From positions 1-58,043 of the forward strand of contig DASYGI010000331.1 of assembly GCA_035999925.1 (NCBI GenBank): a DNA stretch of 58,043 nt, written 5' to 3'. The first letter of the stretch is position 1; the number at the start of each line of letters is the position of its first letter. Position numbers and translations under genes: made by a program. Source of the DNA: Pedococcus sp. GTDB taxonomy: Bacteria > Actinomycetota > Actinomycetes > Actinomycetales > Dermatophilaceae. The notes beneath the pieces were generated by a model. It saw only the letters and a list, made by a program, of their open reading frames with translations, was not told the origin of the DNA and made no database searches. Shown one piece after another: positions 35,657 to 45,023 of the stretch.

Positions 35657-38158
35657 CTAGAGCGATCTGGCCCGCACGAGTCGGGCCGTTGCAAACGCGC
35701 CCACGGCGGCGGCAGCGGCCTCCACCCAGACCGTGCGGCCAACGGGTCGTGTATCGAGAAGTTGCCGTAGTGGTCCGAGGGTGGCCGAGGCGGCCAGCAT
35801 CGTCGCGGCGAGCAGGAGTGCGGGAAGCAGGACATCCGGGCGTCCGTCGTGCCAGACCTGAGCGCTGGTCGCGCGCACCCCCCATGCGATGGCCAGCTGC
35901 CCGGCCCCCAGGGCAAGGAGGGCTGCGGAGTGCGCCTGACTGGGCGGGCTGAGCAGCATGACTGCTGCGCTCGATACGGTCAGATACGTGGCAAGAACCA
36001 GCACACGCCACCACAGGCCTCGACCCAACGGACCCTCGTCGGGAGGGCGGGGGCCTCTTCGGAGGGCTTCGGGGTCCGCCGGTTGGGTGGCGAGACCGGC
36101 GCCGGCGAACGAGTGGGTCAGCAGGTTGACCCACAGGATCTGTGCCGGGAGCAGCGGTAACGGCACGCCTATGGCGGGTCCGGCGAGCATCAGCATGACT
36201 TCGGCCGCGCCTCCCGACAGCCCATACGCAAGGAACCGACGGATGTTGGCATAGACGCGGCGGCCCTCCTCGACGGCAGCCACCAGAGTGCCCAGGTCGT
36301 CGTCCATGAGGACGAGGTCGGCGGCCTGCCTGGCGACCTCGGTGCCCCGGACCCCCATGGCCACCCCGATGTCGGCCTGACGCAGTGCGGGTGCGTCGTT
36401 GACGCCGTCCCCCGTCATGGCTACCACCTGGCCGTTCGCCTGGAGGGTCCTGACCAGGGCGTGTTTGTCCGCGGGGGTAGCGCGCGCCACGACGCTGGGC
36501 TCGGGCGTGGCTCCCGACGCCTGGCGTCTGGAGCTCAGTAGGTCGCGAGGATTCCCCGTGAAGATGCCCACTTGAGTGGCGATGGCCTCCGCGGTGGCGG
36601 GATGGTCCCCGGTGACCAGGACGACGCGCAGTCCGGCAGCCTGGCAGGCGGCGACCGTGTCTGCCGAGGACTCTCGCAGGGGGTCCTGCAGGCCGATCAG
36701 GCCCAGGAGACGGGACCGGGTCGCGGCGTCCTCGCCGGAGTCCAGCTCCCCTTGCGTCACCGCGATCACCCGAATCCCGTTGCGGGCCCATGACTCGCCC
36801 GTGTCTCGAGCCTCGTCGGTGAGGTCTGGGGAGTCGATCACCAGCTCATCGGAGAGCAACGACTCGGGAGCGCCCTTATGGATGATCCGTCGCTGACCGT
36901 CGCGGCTACCGTGAGTCGTCGACATGACCTTGCGGGAGCTGTCGAAAGGCACCTCGGACACCCGGGGGTTGGCCGCTCTCAGCGCATCGACGTCCACGCC
37001 CCCCGCCGTGGCCGCCGCCACGAGGGCGCGTTCCGTCGGGTCGCCCCGAGCGGTTTCAGTGTCGCCGCCGATCGTCGCGTCGTTGCACAAGGCAATGGCC
37101 TGCAGCAGCTCTTCTACCTCGACGGAATCCGGGTGCCAGATGTCCGTGACCGTCATGGTGCCTGCGGTGAGGGTTCCGGTCTTGTCGGTGGCCAGGACAG
37201 TCACGGAGCCGAGGGTCTCGACCGCCGACAGGTTGCGGACGACGGCGTGGCGGGCTGCCATCCGTCGTGCGGCCAGAGCAAGACTGATCGTGACGACCAG
37301 GGGCAACGACTCGGGTACCGCCGCGACGATCAGGGCGATGGTCGTCAGGAACATGACTTCTGGGCTTTGTCCCCGCAAGAGCCCCACGAGCATGACCACT
37401 GCGCTCAGCACGACGGCTGAGATGGCGAGCTGACCAGACAGCCGCGCCATCCGCCGCTGGAGCGGGGTAGTGCTCGGGGTCGAAACCATCAGCGACGCAA
37501 TGCGTCCCACGGTGCTCTGAGCGCCAGTGCCAGTGACCCGAGCTCTCCCACGCCCGTGAAGGAACAGCGTCCCTGAGAACAGCGTTGAGCCGGGCTCGAG
37601 CGGTCGCTCGGCCCCGGTGGCCGATGGGAGGTTGGGTCCAGGGTCGGCGGTGACGGCCTTGTCGACAGGAAAGGCCTCACCCGTCACGGTTGACTCATCG
37701 ACCTGCACGGCCGCGCCTTCGATGAGCAGCGCATCGGCAGGGACGAGGTCGCCTTGGCGCAACAGGACCACGTCCCCCGGGACCAGGGCCGCGGCGGGGA
37801 CCTGGACCGGCCGACCCTCCCGCACGGCCCAGGCCAGGGGAGCGACAAGGCGGGAGAGCTCTCTGACCGAGCGATCCGCTCTGAGCTCCTGGCGCAGCCC
37901 GATGACGGAGTTCACTACCACCACGAGAGCGATCACGGCGCCGTCGGCGAAGTCGCGAGTAGCCGCGGTGAGCACGAGTGCCACCAGCAGCACGAGCACC
38001 AGGGGGTCTCGGAGGCTACGGAGCAGCCGTAGGACCAGACTCGGCGACGGGGGTTCCGGGAGCTGGTTGGGTCCGAACGCGCAGAGGCGCGCGGCGGCCT
38101 CAAGGTCGCTCAGGTCGGACTGGCGCGTGGCCGACTCGGAGCCAGGCGTTGGTGCCAT
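35657..38158 (-). CDS. Cation-transporting P-type ATPase (P2A/CtpF-like)
   Basis: TGEA, AAVPESLP, DKTGTLT, KGAPE, TGDGVNDAPAL, QILWVNL. Confidence 0.9.
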   Translation of the reverse strand: MAPTPGSESATRQSDLSDLEAAARLCAFGPNQLPEPPSPSLVLRLLRSLRDPLVLVLLVALVLTAATRDFADGAVIALVVVVNSVIGLRQELRADRSVRELSRLVAPLAWAVREGRPVQVPAAALVPGDVVLLRQGDLVPADALLIEGAAVQVDESTVTGEAFPVDKAVTADPGPNLPSATGAERPLEPGSTLFSGTLFLHGRGRARVTGTGAQSTVGRIASLMVSTPSTTPLQRRMARLSGQLAISAVVLSAVVMLVGLLRGQSPEVMFLTTIALIVAAVPESLPLVVTISLALAARRMAARHAVVRNLSAVETLGSVTVLATDKTGTLTAGTMTVTDIWHPDSVEVEELLQAIALCNDATIGGDTETARGDPTERALVAAATAGGVDVDALRAANPRVSEVPFDSSRKVMSTTHGSRDGQRRIIHKGAPESLLSDELVIDSPDLTDEARDTGESWARNGIRVIAVTQGELDSGEDAATRSRLLGLIGLQDPLRESSADTVAACQAAGLRVVLVTGDHPATAEAIATQVGIFTGNPRDLLSSRRQASGATPEPSVVARATPADKHALVRTLQANGQVVAMTGDGVNDAPALRQADIGVAMGVRGTEVARQAADLVLMDDDLGTLVAAVEEGRRVYANIRRFLAYGLSGGAAEVMLMLAGPAIGVPLPLLPAQILWVNLLTHSFAGAGLATQPADPEALRRGPRPPDEGPLGRGLWWRVLVLATYLTVSSAAVMLLSPPSQAHSAALLALGAGQLAIAWGVRATSAQVWHDGRPDVLLPALLLAATMLAASATLGPLRQLLDTRPVGRTVWVEAAAAAVGAFATARLVRARSL

Positions 38159-38200
38159 AGGTGGTCCTTTGGGTCATATCCAGCCGGTTCGGGTGTTCGA

Positions 38201-38641
38201 CTACTGGAGCGTGACCCAATCTCGGCGCGCGCCGAGGTAGATCACCGCGAGTGCCGGGACGCTCCAGAGCCAGAATCCCCAGCCGAAGAGCATGAGGAGG
38301 ACTTGGAAGGCCGCGACGGCCGTCCAACCCCAACGCGCCAGGGCGCCACCCGTCAGGAGAAGCGCACCCAGGGTGATCTCGCCCGCGGCGAGCAGCAGAC
38401 CCCACGTGGCCGGATGGGCCATGAACAAGTCCGACCATCCGGACCGCACGAAGCCGAGCAGCGCCCCGTCTGCGAAGTGGCGATACGTCGCGGTGTCGGC
38501 TGCCACGATGCCGATGTGGATGCCACCCATCACGAGGTAGAAGCCACCCGCGATGACCGTGGCACCCGGCATTCGGCGCCGCGCCTGCGACCCGGACGGG
38601 GTGTCGGTGTGAGCATCCGGAACCAGACTCTTCGTGTTCAT
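38201..38641 (-). CDS. Hypothetical membrane protein
   Basis: Several hydrophobic segments; GGAGG RBS before ATG 38641; weak box GCGAC-TGTC-GGCCC at 38656-38669. Confidence 0.7.
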   Translation of the reverse strand: MNTKSLVPDAHTDTPSGSQARRRMPGATVIAGGFYLVMGGIHIGIVAADTATYRHFADGALLGFVRSGWSDLFMAHPATWGLLLAAGEITLGALLLTGGALARWGWTAVAAFQVLLMLFGWGFWLWSVPALAVIYLGARRDWVTLQ

Positions 38642-38669
38642 CTCGGCCTCCATGAGCGACTGTCGGCCC

Positions 38670-39545
38670 CTAGGCCGGACCGTGCACCACGGCAACGGGG
38701 CACGGGTGGGCTCGGTGGAGCAGCGCCTGGCTGACCGAGCCGAGGAGTAGTCCGGCGAATCCTCCGTGTCCTCGAGAGCCGACGACCAGCAGGTCCGCCG
38801 ACTTGGCGGCCACCAGGAGCGCGTCCACAGGCCGTTGGCGTGAGACGTCGTGACGCACGACGATGTCGGGGTACTTCTCGGACCATCCAGAGAGCGCCTC
38901 GGCCAGGAGGGCCTTCTGCCCCTGGCCGATCCTGCTCAGGCTCTCCTCGCTCATCCAGGCCAGGCCGACCCGCTCGGGAACATCGAGCCACCACGCGTGC
39001 ACCGCGACCAGGGCGGCCTGGCGCACCTCGGCGGCGTCGAAGGCGTAGGCAATCGCGGGCTCGTTGGCGTGCGAACCGTCAATGCCGACGACGACGGCGT
39101 CGGACAGCGGTGGCGCGGGGGTGTCCACGACCACGACCGGGCATTCCGCGTGTGCTGCCACCTGCGAGGAGGTTGAACCAACAACGGCCTCGCCCAGAGG
39201 GCTGTGGTGACCGTTGCCGACCACCACCAGCTGTGCGTCCCGCGAAGCATTGACCAGCCGTCCGGCGGGGGCGCCGACGACCGTCGACGTACTGACGCGC
39301 ACCGCAGGGGCGCGCCTTTCGGCGTGCGCCCTCGCACTGTGGAGGAGCTCGTGAGCGAGGGCTTCGGGCCACGGGTTGGGGGGCAGCCCCGGGTGCGAAG
39401 GAAGGGGCATGTCTCGAGCGACCAGGACGTGCACGGGCAGGGTTCGCCGTTGAGCCTCGTCCAACGCCCAGTCCAACGCGGCAAGGCTCTGGTCTGACCC
39501 ATCGAAACCGACGAGGATCGGCTTACGAGCGGTGTTGGTGCTCAT
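38670..39545 (-). CDS. Universal stress protein (two USP domains)
   Basis: ILVGFDGS, GSRGHGGFAGLLLGS, CPVAVVH. Confidence 0.95.
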   Translation of the reverse strand: MSTNTARKPILVGFDGSDQSLAALDWALDEAQRRTLPVHVLVARDMPLPSHPGLPPNPWPEALAHELLHSARAHAERRAPAVRVSTSTVVGAPAGRLVNASRDAQLVVVGNGHHSPLGEAVVGSTSSQVAAHAECPVVVVDTPAPPLSDAVVVGIDGSHANEPAIAYAFDAAEVRQAALVAVHAWWLDVPERVGLAWMSEESLSRIGQGQKALLAEALSGWSEKYPDIVVRHDVSRQRPVDALLVAAKSADLLVVGSRGHGGFAGLLLGSVSQALLHRAHPCPVAVVHGPA

Positions 39546-39627
39546 GGGATTTCCCCTCGCGTTGGCACGTTCCCGCGAGCCGCGGACTGGTCGCTCCCAC
39601 GGTCGCCCCGGGGCCAGCTCAGTTCCA

Positions 39628-39641
39628 GGGCACAAGGTCCC
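39628..39641. promoter_or_regulatory. DosR-like box in the USP/esterase divergent promoter
   Basis: GGGCA-CAAG-GTCCC. Confidence 0.7.
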
Positions 39642-39700
39642 GAGATGGTGGATCGACACGGGTGCAGCCAGCCTCGCTGATCGGCTGGTTGGATGGCCTG

Positions 39701-41173
39701 ATGAGTCCTGTCGTGCGTGTCACTGGTGGTCTCGTGCGTGGCTCGAGCCGCGACGGCGTCCGCTCCTTCCTGGGCATTCCGTACGCCGGACCCGCTGTCG
39801 GCGCGGACCGGTACCGCGCCCCACAGCCGGTCGTGCCATGGGACGGCGAGAGAGATGCGACCCATCCGGGCCCGACTGCCAGCCAATCGGCATACCCACC
39901 ACCGATGGACGCAGTGCTCCCCAGCTCGGTCGCGGCCGGCGACGACTATCTGAACGTCAACGTGTGGGCCCCTATCGACGGTGACAGTAGACCAGTCATG
40001 GTGTGGATCCACGGGGGAGCCTTCGTCCGGGGCACCAACTCGCTGCCGGCGTACGACGGTTCGGCATTCGCGCGCGACGGTGTCGTGTTGGTGGGGATCA
40101 ACTATCGACTCGGGGTCCCCGGGTTCGGTGCGCTGGAGGGCGCCCCGACCAACCTCGGGATCCGCGACCAGATCACCGCACTGGAATGGGTCCGCGACAA
40201 CGTGGTCGCGTTCGGTGGCAATCCCGACGACGTCACGGTGTTCGGCGAGTCCGCGGGCGCCATGAGCGTCGCCACGCTCATGGCCTGTCCGGCAGCACGC
40301 GGTCTCTTCCATCGGGCCGTCGTTCAGAGCGGAGGGGCTTCCGCCGTCTGTTCGCTGGAGGACGCCCGCCGCGTGAGCGCGGAGCTGGCCGCCCAGCTCG
40401 GGGTGCCTGCCACGGCCGCAGCCTTCGCTGCCATCGACCCAGACGCAGTGACCGCAGCGCAGTCAGCCGTGGGTCTGGCCATCCAGGCCGATCCCGACCC
40501 GCAGCGGTGGGGTCCCTCGGTTCTCAGTGGCGGTCTGGGCATCATGTCGCTGTTCCCCGTCGTGGACGGTGACCTCGTCCCCGACGTCCCCCTCGCCCGC
40601 ATCGCAGACGGGGCCGCCGCGGGCGTGCCTCTGCTGGTCGGCACGACGTCAGAGGAGTTCCGACTCTTCCTCGTTCCCACTGGCCTGGCTTGCGCTGTCA
40701 CTCCGGCTGCGTTGGGCTTCTTGGCTGCTCGCTACGGCTGGCCGCCGCAAGCCATCGACGCGTATGCCGCGAACCGACCGGACGGCTCCCCGGGAGACGT
40801 CGCGTGCGCCATCCTCACGGACGCAGGCTTCCGCGTCCCCGCTGCACGTCTGGCCGCCGCTCACCACGCTGCTGGGGGCACGGTCCATGCCTACGAGTTC
40901 GCGTGGCCGACGGACGTCGGCGGACTGGGTGCCTGTCACGGTCTCGAGCTCCCTTTCGTCTTCGACACCTTGGGGCCCGGCACACCGATGGCTGGCACCG
41001 CTGCACCACAGCACCTCGCCCGGGAGATGCACCGGGCTTGGGTCCGTTTTGCGAGCGAAGGATCGCCGGGGTGGCAGGCCTGGTCTCCCGACGACCAGGC
41101 GGTCATGACGTTCGATGTCTCGTCCCGCGTCGTCCGCGGACCGCGCCGCGATGAGCTTGACCTCTGGGGGTGA
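39701..41173 (+). CDS. Type-B carboxylesterase (PnbA-like)
   Basis: FLGIPYA, DYLNVNVW, WIHGGAF, NYRLG, FGESAGA, GACHGLELPFVF. Confidence 0.93.
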   Translation: MSPVVRVTGGLVRGSSRDGVRSFLGIPYAGPAVGADRYRAPQPVVPWDGERDATHPGPTASQSAYPPPMDAVLPSSVAAGDDYLNVNVWAPIDGDSRPVMVWIHGGAFVRGTNSLPAYDGSAFARDGVVLVGINYRLGVPGFGALEGAPTNLGIRDQITALEWVRDNVVAFGGNPDDVTVFGESAGAMSVATLMACPAARGLFHRAVVQSGGASAVCSLEDARRVSAELAAQLGVPATAAAFAAIDPDAVTAAQSAVGLAIQADPDPQRWGPSVLSGGLGIMSLFPVVDGDLVPDVPLARIADGAAAGVPLLVGTTSEEFRLFLVPTGLACAVTPAALGFLAARYGWPPQAIDAYAANRPDGSPGDVACAILTDAGFRVPAARLAAAHHAAGGTVHAYEFAWPTDVGGLGACHGLELPFVFDTLGPGTPMAGTAAPQHLAREMHRAWVRFASEGSPGWQAWSPDDQAVMTFDVSSRVVRGPRRDELDLWG

Positions 41174-41193
41174 GGCTCCGACATCCCCAGAGG

Positions 41194-43161
41194 TCAGCGA
41201 GGAGCGTCTGCGGCGCCGACAGGGACTCCATCGGCGAGGCCGTCGGTGTCCCCGATGCCCCCGGGGTCGGCCAGCACGTCTCGGAAGGAGCGCAGCTGGT
41301 AGGGAACGGAAGTGACCATGACCCCTGGCTGGTAGAGCAGCCGACCCTTGAGTCGCAGCGCGCTCTGGTTGTGCAGCAGATGCTCCCACCAGTGACCCAC
41401 GACGTACTCAGGGATGAAGACAGTGACGACGTCTCGAGGACTTTCCCGGCGGATGTGGCTGATGTACTCCAGGACCGGGCGAGTGACCTCGCGGAACGGG
41501 GACGCGACGATGGTCAGGGGCACGTCCAGACCGCGGGCTTCCCAATCGGCGCGGAGCTTGCGTTCCTCGTCTGCATCCACGGCCACGGTCAGGGCGACCA
41601 GGCGCGAGGGTCGAGTCGCCTTCGCGTAGGCCAAGGCCCGCAGGGTGGGGGCATGCAGCTTGGAGACCAGCACGATCGCGTGGTTGCGGCTGGGCAGAAT
41701 GACCCCACCGGGTTCGGGTTGAAGGTCGAGCTCGACTGCGTCGTAGTGGCGCCTGATGCCCCGCATGAGCAGGAAGATGACCACCATGGCCGCGATGGCC
41801 AGGTACGCCCCGCCGAGGAACTTGTAGCGAACGACGATCACCAGGACCAGGGCTGTCACCACTGCGCCGGTGCCGTTGATGGCCCGCGATCGGTAGATGG
41901 TGCGGCGCCGGCCGGGGTCCCCGGTCCGTGCGAGCTCGAGGCCCCAGTGCCTCACCATGCCGACCTGGGACAGGGTGAACGAGGTGAAGACGCCCACGAT
42001 ATACAGCTGGATGAGCTTGTCGATGTTGGCGTTGAAGCCGATGATCAAGGCTGCTGAAACCCCCGCCAACAGGATGATGCCGTTGCTGAACGCAAGCCGG
42101 TCTCCGCGGTTGTGGAGCTGGTGGGGCAGGAAGCGGTCCCGAGCCAAGATCGAGGCCAGTGTGGGGAAGCCGTTGAACGCGGTGTTGGCGGCCAGCACCA
42201 GGATCCCGGCCGTGGCTGCCTGGAAGGCGTAGAAGAGGATGCCGCGACCCCAGATCGACTCGGCGATCTGGCTGATCACCGAGGGGTTGCCGTCGCGGTA
42301 CGCGCGGGCGTGGGCGGCCAGCGCCAGGGCGGTGATGCCGGAGAACATGGTGATGGCCAGGGCACCCATGATGAGCAAGGTCGTGGCGGCGTTCTTGCTC
42401 TTGGGTTTCTTGAACGACGGGACACCGTTGCTGATGGCCTCCACGCCGGTCAGCGCCGTACACCCTGACGCGAACGCGCGCAGGCAGAGCAGGAGCGTGA
42501 AGATGCCACCGACCTGGGCGGTGTGCTGAAGCTGCAGATGCGCGCTGGACGCTTCCGGGATTCCGCCGTTGAGCGCGCGGTACATGCCGCTGACCAGCAT
42601 CAGCATGGTCAGACCAACGAACGCATACGTCGGAAAGGCGAACGCGGTCCCGGACTCCTTGACCCCGCGCAGGTTGACCAGCGCCAGCAGCGCCACGAAC
42701 CCGACCGACAGCTCCACGGCATACGGCCCAAGAGGGGGCAGGGCGGAGATGATGGCCACCACGCCGGAGACGACGGATACCGCGACGGTCATCACGTAGT
42801 CGACCAACAGAGCCGCGGCCGCCGTGAGCGAGGCGCTCTGGCCCAGGTTCTCCTTGCTCACCACGTAGGCGCCGCCACCGCTGGGGTAGGCGTAACACGT
42901 CTGACGGTAGGAGGCCACGACCACCGCCAACAGCAGCGCAACGGCAACCGCGATCGGCGCCGCCAGGCCCAGGTACGCGGCACTTCCCGCCGTGCCCAGA
43001 ACCAGCACGATCTGCTCGGTGGCGTACGCGACCGAGGAGATGGGGTCCGAGCAGAAGACCGGCAGCGCCAGCTTCTTGGGCAACAGCGTCTCGCCGAGTC
43101 GATGGCTGGCCATCGCACGGCCGATCAGTATCCGCTTCAAGGATTCGGTAGTTCCAGACAT
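41194..43161 (-). CDS. APC-family permease, KimA/YdaO-like (probable K+ uptake)
   Basis: SDPISSVAYATE, YPSGGGAY, LVDYVMTVAVS, TGVEAISNGVP, LLHNQSAL. Confidence 0.85.
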   Translation of the reverse strand: MSGTTESLKRILIGRAMASHRLGETLLPKKLALPVFCSDPISSVAYATEQIVLVLGTAGSAAYLGLAAPIAVAVALLLAVVVASYRQTCYAYPSGGGAYVVSKENLGQSASLTAAAALLVDYVMTVAVSVVSGVVAIISALPPLGPYAVELSVGFVALLALVNLRGVKESGTAFAFPTYAFVGLTMLMLVSGMYRALNGGIPEASSAHLQLQHTAQVGGIFTLLLCLRAFASGCTALTGVEAISNGVPSFKKPKSKNAATTLLIMGALAITMFSGITALALAAHARAYRDGNPSVISQIAESIWGRGILFYAFQAATAGILVLAANTAFNGFPTLASILARDRFLPHQLHNRGDRLAFSNGIILLAGVSAALIIGFNANIDKLIQLYIVGVFTSFTLSQVGMVRHWGLELARTGDPGRRRTIYRSRAINGTGAVVTALVLVIVVRYKFLGGAYLAIAAMVVIFLLMRGIRRHYDAVELDLQPEPGGVILPSRNHAIVLVSKLHAPTLRALAYAKATRPSRLVALTVAVDADEERKLRADWEARGLDVPLTIVASPFREVTRPVLEYISHIRRESPRDVVTVFIPEYVVGHWWEHLLHNQSALRLKGRLLYQPGVMVTSVPYQLRSFRDVLADPGGIGDTDGLADGVPVGAADAPR

Positions 43162-43276
43162 GGCTACCTCATCCGCCGCAGGGGCCTTCAGCGACCGCAA
43201 CCCGACCTGGGCCGCTACGAATTCCCTTACCGGTCATGTCGTCAGCCTGCCCGGACCCACCAGCAATGGCGACGGT

Positions 43277-43294
43277 CCTAACGCGATCTTGACG
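43277..43294 (-). promoter_or_regulatory. OmpR/KdpE-type direct repeat upstream of the permease
   Basis: CCTAACG-CGAT-CTTGACG (11-bp period); CAGGCT -10-like hexamer 27 nt downstream on the minus strand. Confidence 0.5.
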
Positions 43295-43307
43295 CCGGGC
43301 CGGCCCC

Positions 43308-43321
43308 GGGACCAAATGCCC
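43308..43321. promoter_or_regulatory. DosR-like box upstream of the SDR gene
   Basis: GGGAC-CAAA-TGCCC-TA. Confidence 0.65.
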
Positions 43322-43383
43322 TATCGCGACTGCCGGGCGGGCTCAGGCTTGAAGGGGGAGTCGAGAGCGAGAGGTGAGCGAAC

Positions 43384-44145
43384 GTGAACAACTACGGGCT
43401 GGGCGGCAAGGTAGCCGTCATCACCGGTGGCGCGTCGGGGATCGGGCGGGCGTGCGCTCACGTGATGGCGCGCTCCGGAGCCGACATATCCATCTGGGAC
43501 CGCAGTCAGGATGCGGTCGACACTGTGCTGAAGGAGCTGGAGGACTACGACTACCGAACCCACGGCGCGGTTGTCGATGTTGGTGACTCCGCCGCAGTCG
43601 ATGAGGCGATGGCGCAGGTCGTGGCGTCACTCGGCCACGTCAGCGTCGCCGTGTGCAACGCGGGCATCGGCGGTGAGGCGCTGACGAGCGCGGACTACAC
43701 CGACGACCAGTGGCACCAGGTCATCCGGGTCAACCTCGATGGGGTGTTCTACACCCAACGAGCGGCAATTCGCGTGATGAAGGCGTCCGGCCGCGGCGGC
43801 TCCATCATTAACATGGCGTCGATCCTGGGGGCGGTGGGCTTCCCCATGGCCGTGGCCTACACCGCCGCCAAACACGGTGTCGTGGGGATGACCCAGGTCG
43901 CCGCCTGGGAGTATGCGGCTGATGGGATTCGGGTGAACGCGGTCGGCCCTGGCTTCATTCGCACACCGCTGCTGACGAGCCACCTGGACGAGGAGTCACT
44001 GGTCGCACTGGCCGGTCAGCACGCCCTGCAGCGGCTCGGAGAGCCGGATGAGGTCGCGGAGCTCGTGGCCTGGCTCGCCAGCGACGGTGCGTCGTTCGCC
44101 ACGGGGACGTACTACCCCATCGATGGCGGTTACCTGGCCCGGTAG
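43384..44145 (+). CDS. Short-chain dehydrogenase/reductase
   Basis: [26 protein letters not shown]. Confidence 0.95.
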   Translation: MNNYGLGGKVAVITGGASGIGRACAHVMARSGADISIWDRSQDAVDTVLKELEDYDYRTHGAVVDVGDSAAVDEAMAQVVASLGHVSVAVCNAGIGGEALTSADYTDDQWHQVIRVNLDGVFYTQRAAIRVMKASGRGGSIINMASILGAVGFPMAVAYTAAKHGVVGMTQVAAWEYAADGIRVNAVGPGFIRTPLLTSHLDEESLVALAGQHALQRLGEPDEVAELVAWLASDGASFATGTYYPIDGGYLAR

Positions 44146-44163
44146 GCCAGCGCGCGCCACTCC

Positions 44164-44607
44164 CTAGGCTCGACGTTCGCCGACCGACCCCACGGTGCGG
44201 CCGGTGATCTTGCGCGGCGTGATCTCGATGAAGAGGTTGCGAGCTCCGTCCGCCCAAGGCACCGGTCCGCTCTCCCAGGCTGACTTGAGCAGGCGGCTGT
44301 GCGTCAGCGCCCCAGTGAATCCGACGACGAGAACGCTCCAACCGGACTTGTTCTCCTCGTCGATCGCGTCGATCTCGAAGGCGACACTGGTTCGCCGCAC
44401 GAGCCCGGCCATGGGGCCAAAGGGGGACGTACGGAACATCACGGTGTCGGTGCGGTATTGATAGGTCACTGGCAAGATCTGCGGGCCATCGGGGGCCATG
44501 AAACCGACCCTGCCGGCGGTGTGGCGCACCAAGAGATCCTTGCAGTCGGTCTCTGACAGTTCGGCAAAGTTGCCGGTGGAGGCCTTCCCATTCTTCGACG
44601 AGGACAC
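44164..44607 (-). CDS. Pyridoxamine 5'-phosphate oxidase-like protein
   Basis: AGRVGF...PQILPV...FRTS...VAFEID...GWSVLV...ITGR; weak box at 44643-44656. Confidence 0.88.
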   Translation of the reverse strand: MSSSKNGKASTGNFAELSETDCKDLLVRHTAGRVGFMAPDGPQILPVTYQYRTDTVMFRTSPFGPMAGLVRRTSVAFEIDAIDEENKSGWSVLVVGFTGALTHSRLLKSAWESGPVPWADGARNLFIEITPRKITGRTVGSVGERRA

Positions 44608-44752
44608 GCCCTGACTCCGTTCGCTACATCGAAAGCGTCCGTTCGGCATTCGGCCCTTAGGGGGTTTCAGTGTACGCCGCAGCGTGAGCATGGAGGTGGG
44701 GGAGAAGCGGTGCGGCCGGCGTCCCCACGGGTGGTAACAGTGCTGCCCGGGG

Positions 44753-44802
44753 GGTTAAGAAGGCGTCAAGATGCAACGTTGCCCGCGCATCCGTGCCATG
44801 CT
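44753..44802 (+). promoter_or_regulatory. Candidate promoter: OmpR/KdpE-type direct repeat plus extended -10
   Basis: GGTTAAG-AAGG-CGTCAAG (44753-44770); TGC-CATGCT with the hexamer at 44797-44802. Confidence 0.45.
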
Positions 44803-44811
44803 CTCCCGGCG

Positions 44812-44851
44812 GCGCGCCCCCTCCCCGCCCCCCTGGGTTGAGGGGGCGCGC
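44812..44851 (+). other. GC-rich hairpin with CCCCCC loop (6C-RNA-like)
   Basis: GCGCGCCCCCTC / GAGGGGGCGCGC arms, inner CCCG/TGGG, six-C loop. Confidence 0.7.
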
Positions 44852-45023
44852 TCTCTGTCGTCGTGAGCTCCGGCTCCAGACCTCGTTAGAGGGTCATGGG
44901 GAACTGGGAGGCGGCGATCATGGCAAACCCAAGGCGCACGTGGGGCTGGGGCAGCTGAGAAGAGGGGACTACGGTGTATGTACCGGCTGGAGCCACCTCG
45001 ATCCAGAACAAGCCATCGCCGAA

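Noticed and set aside
35481-36791. 436-aa ORF ending in a USP motif
   Set aside because: Mostly a shadow frame of the P-type ATPase; only the last 29 residues are USP-like
43162-43300. c-di-AMP (ydaO) riboswitch upstream of the KimA-like permease
   Set aside because: Expected from context, but I could not recognise the conserved elements; needs Infernal
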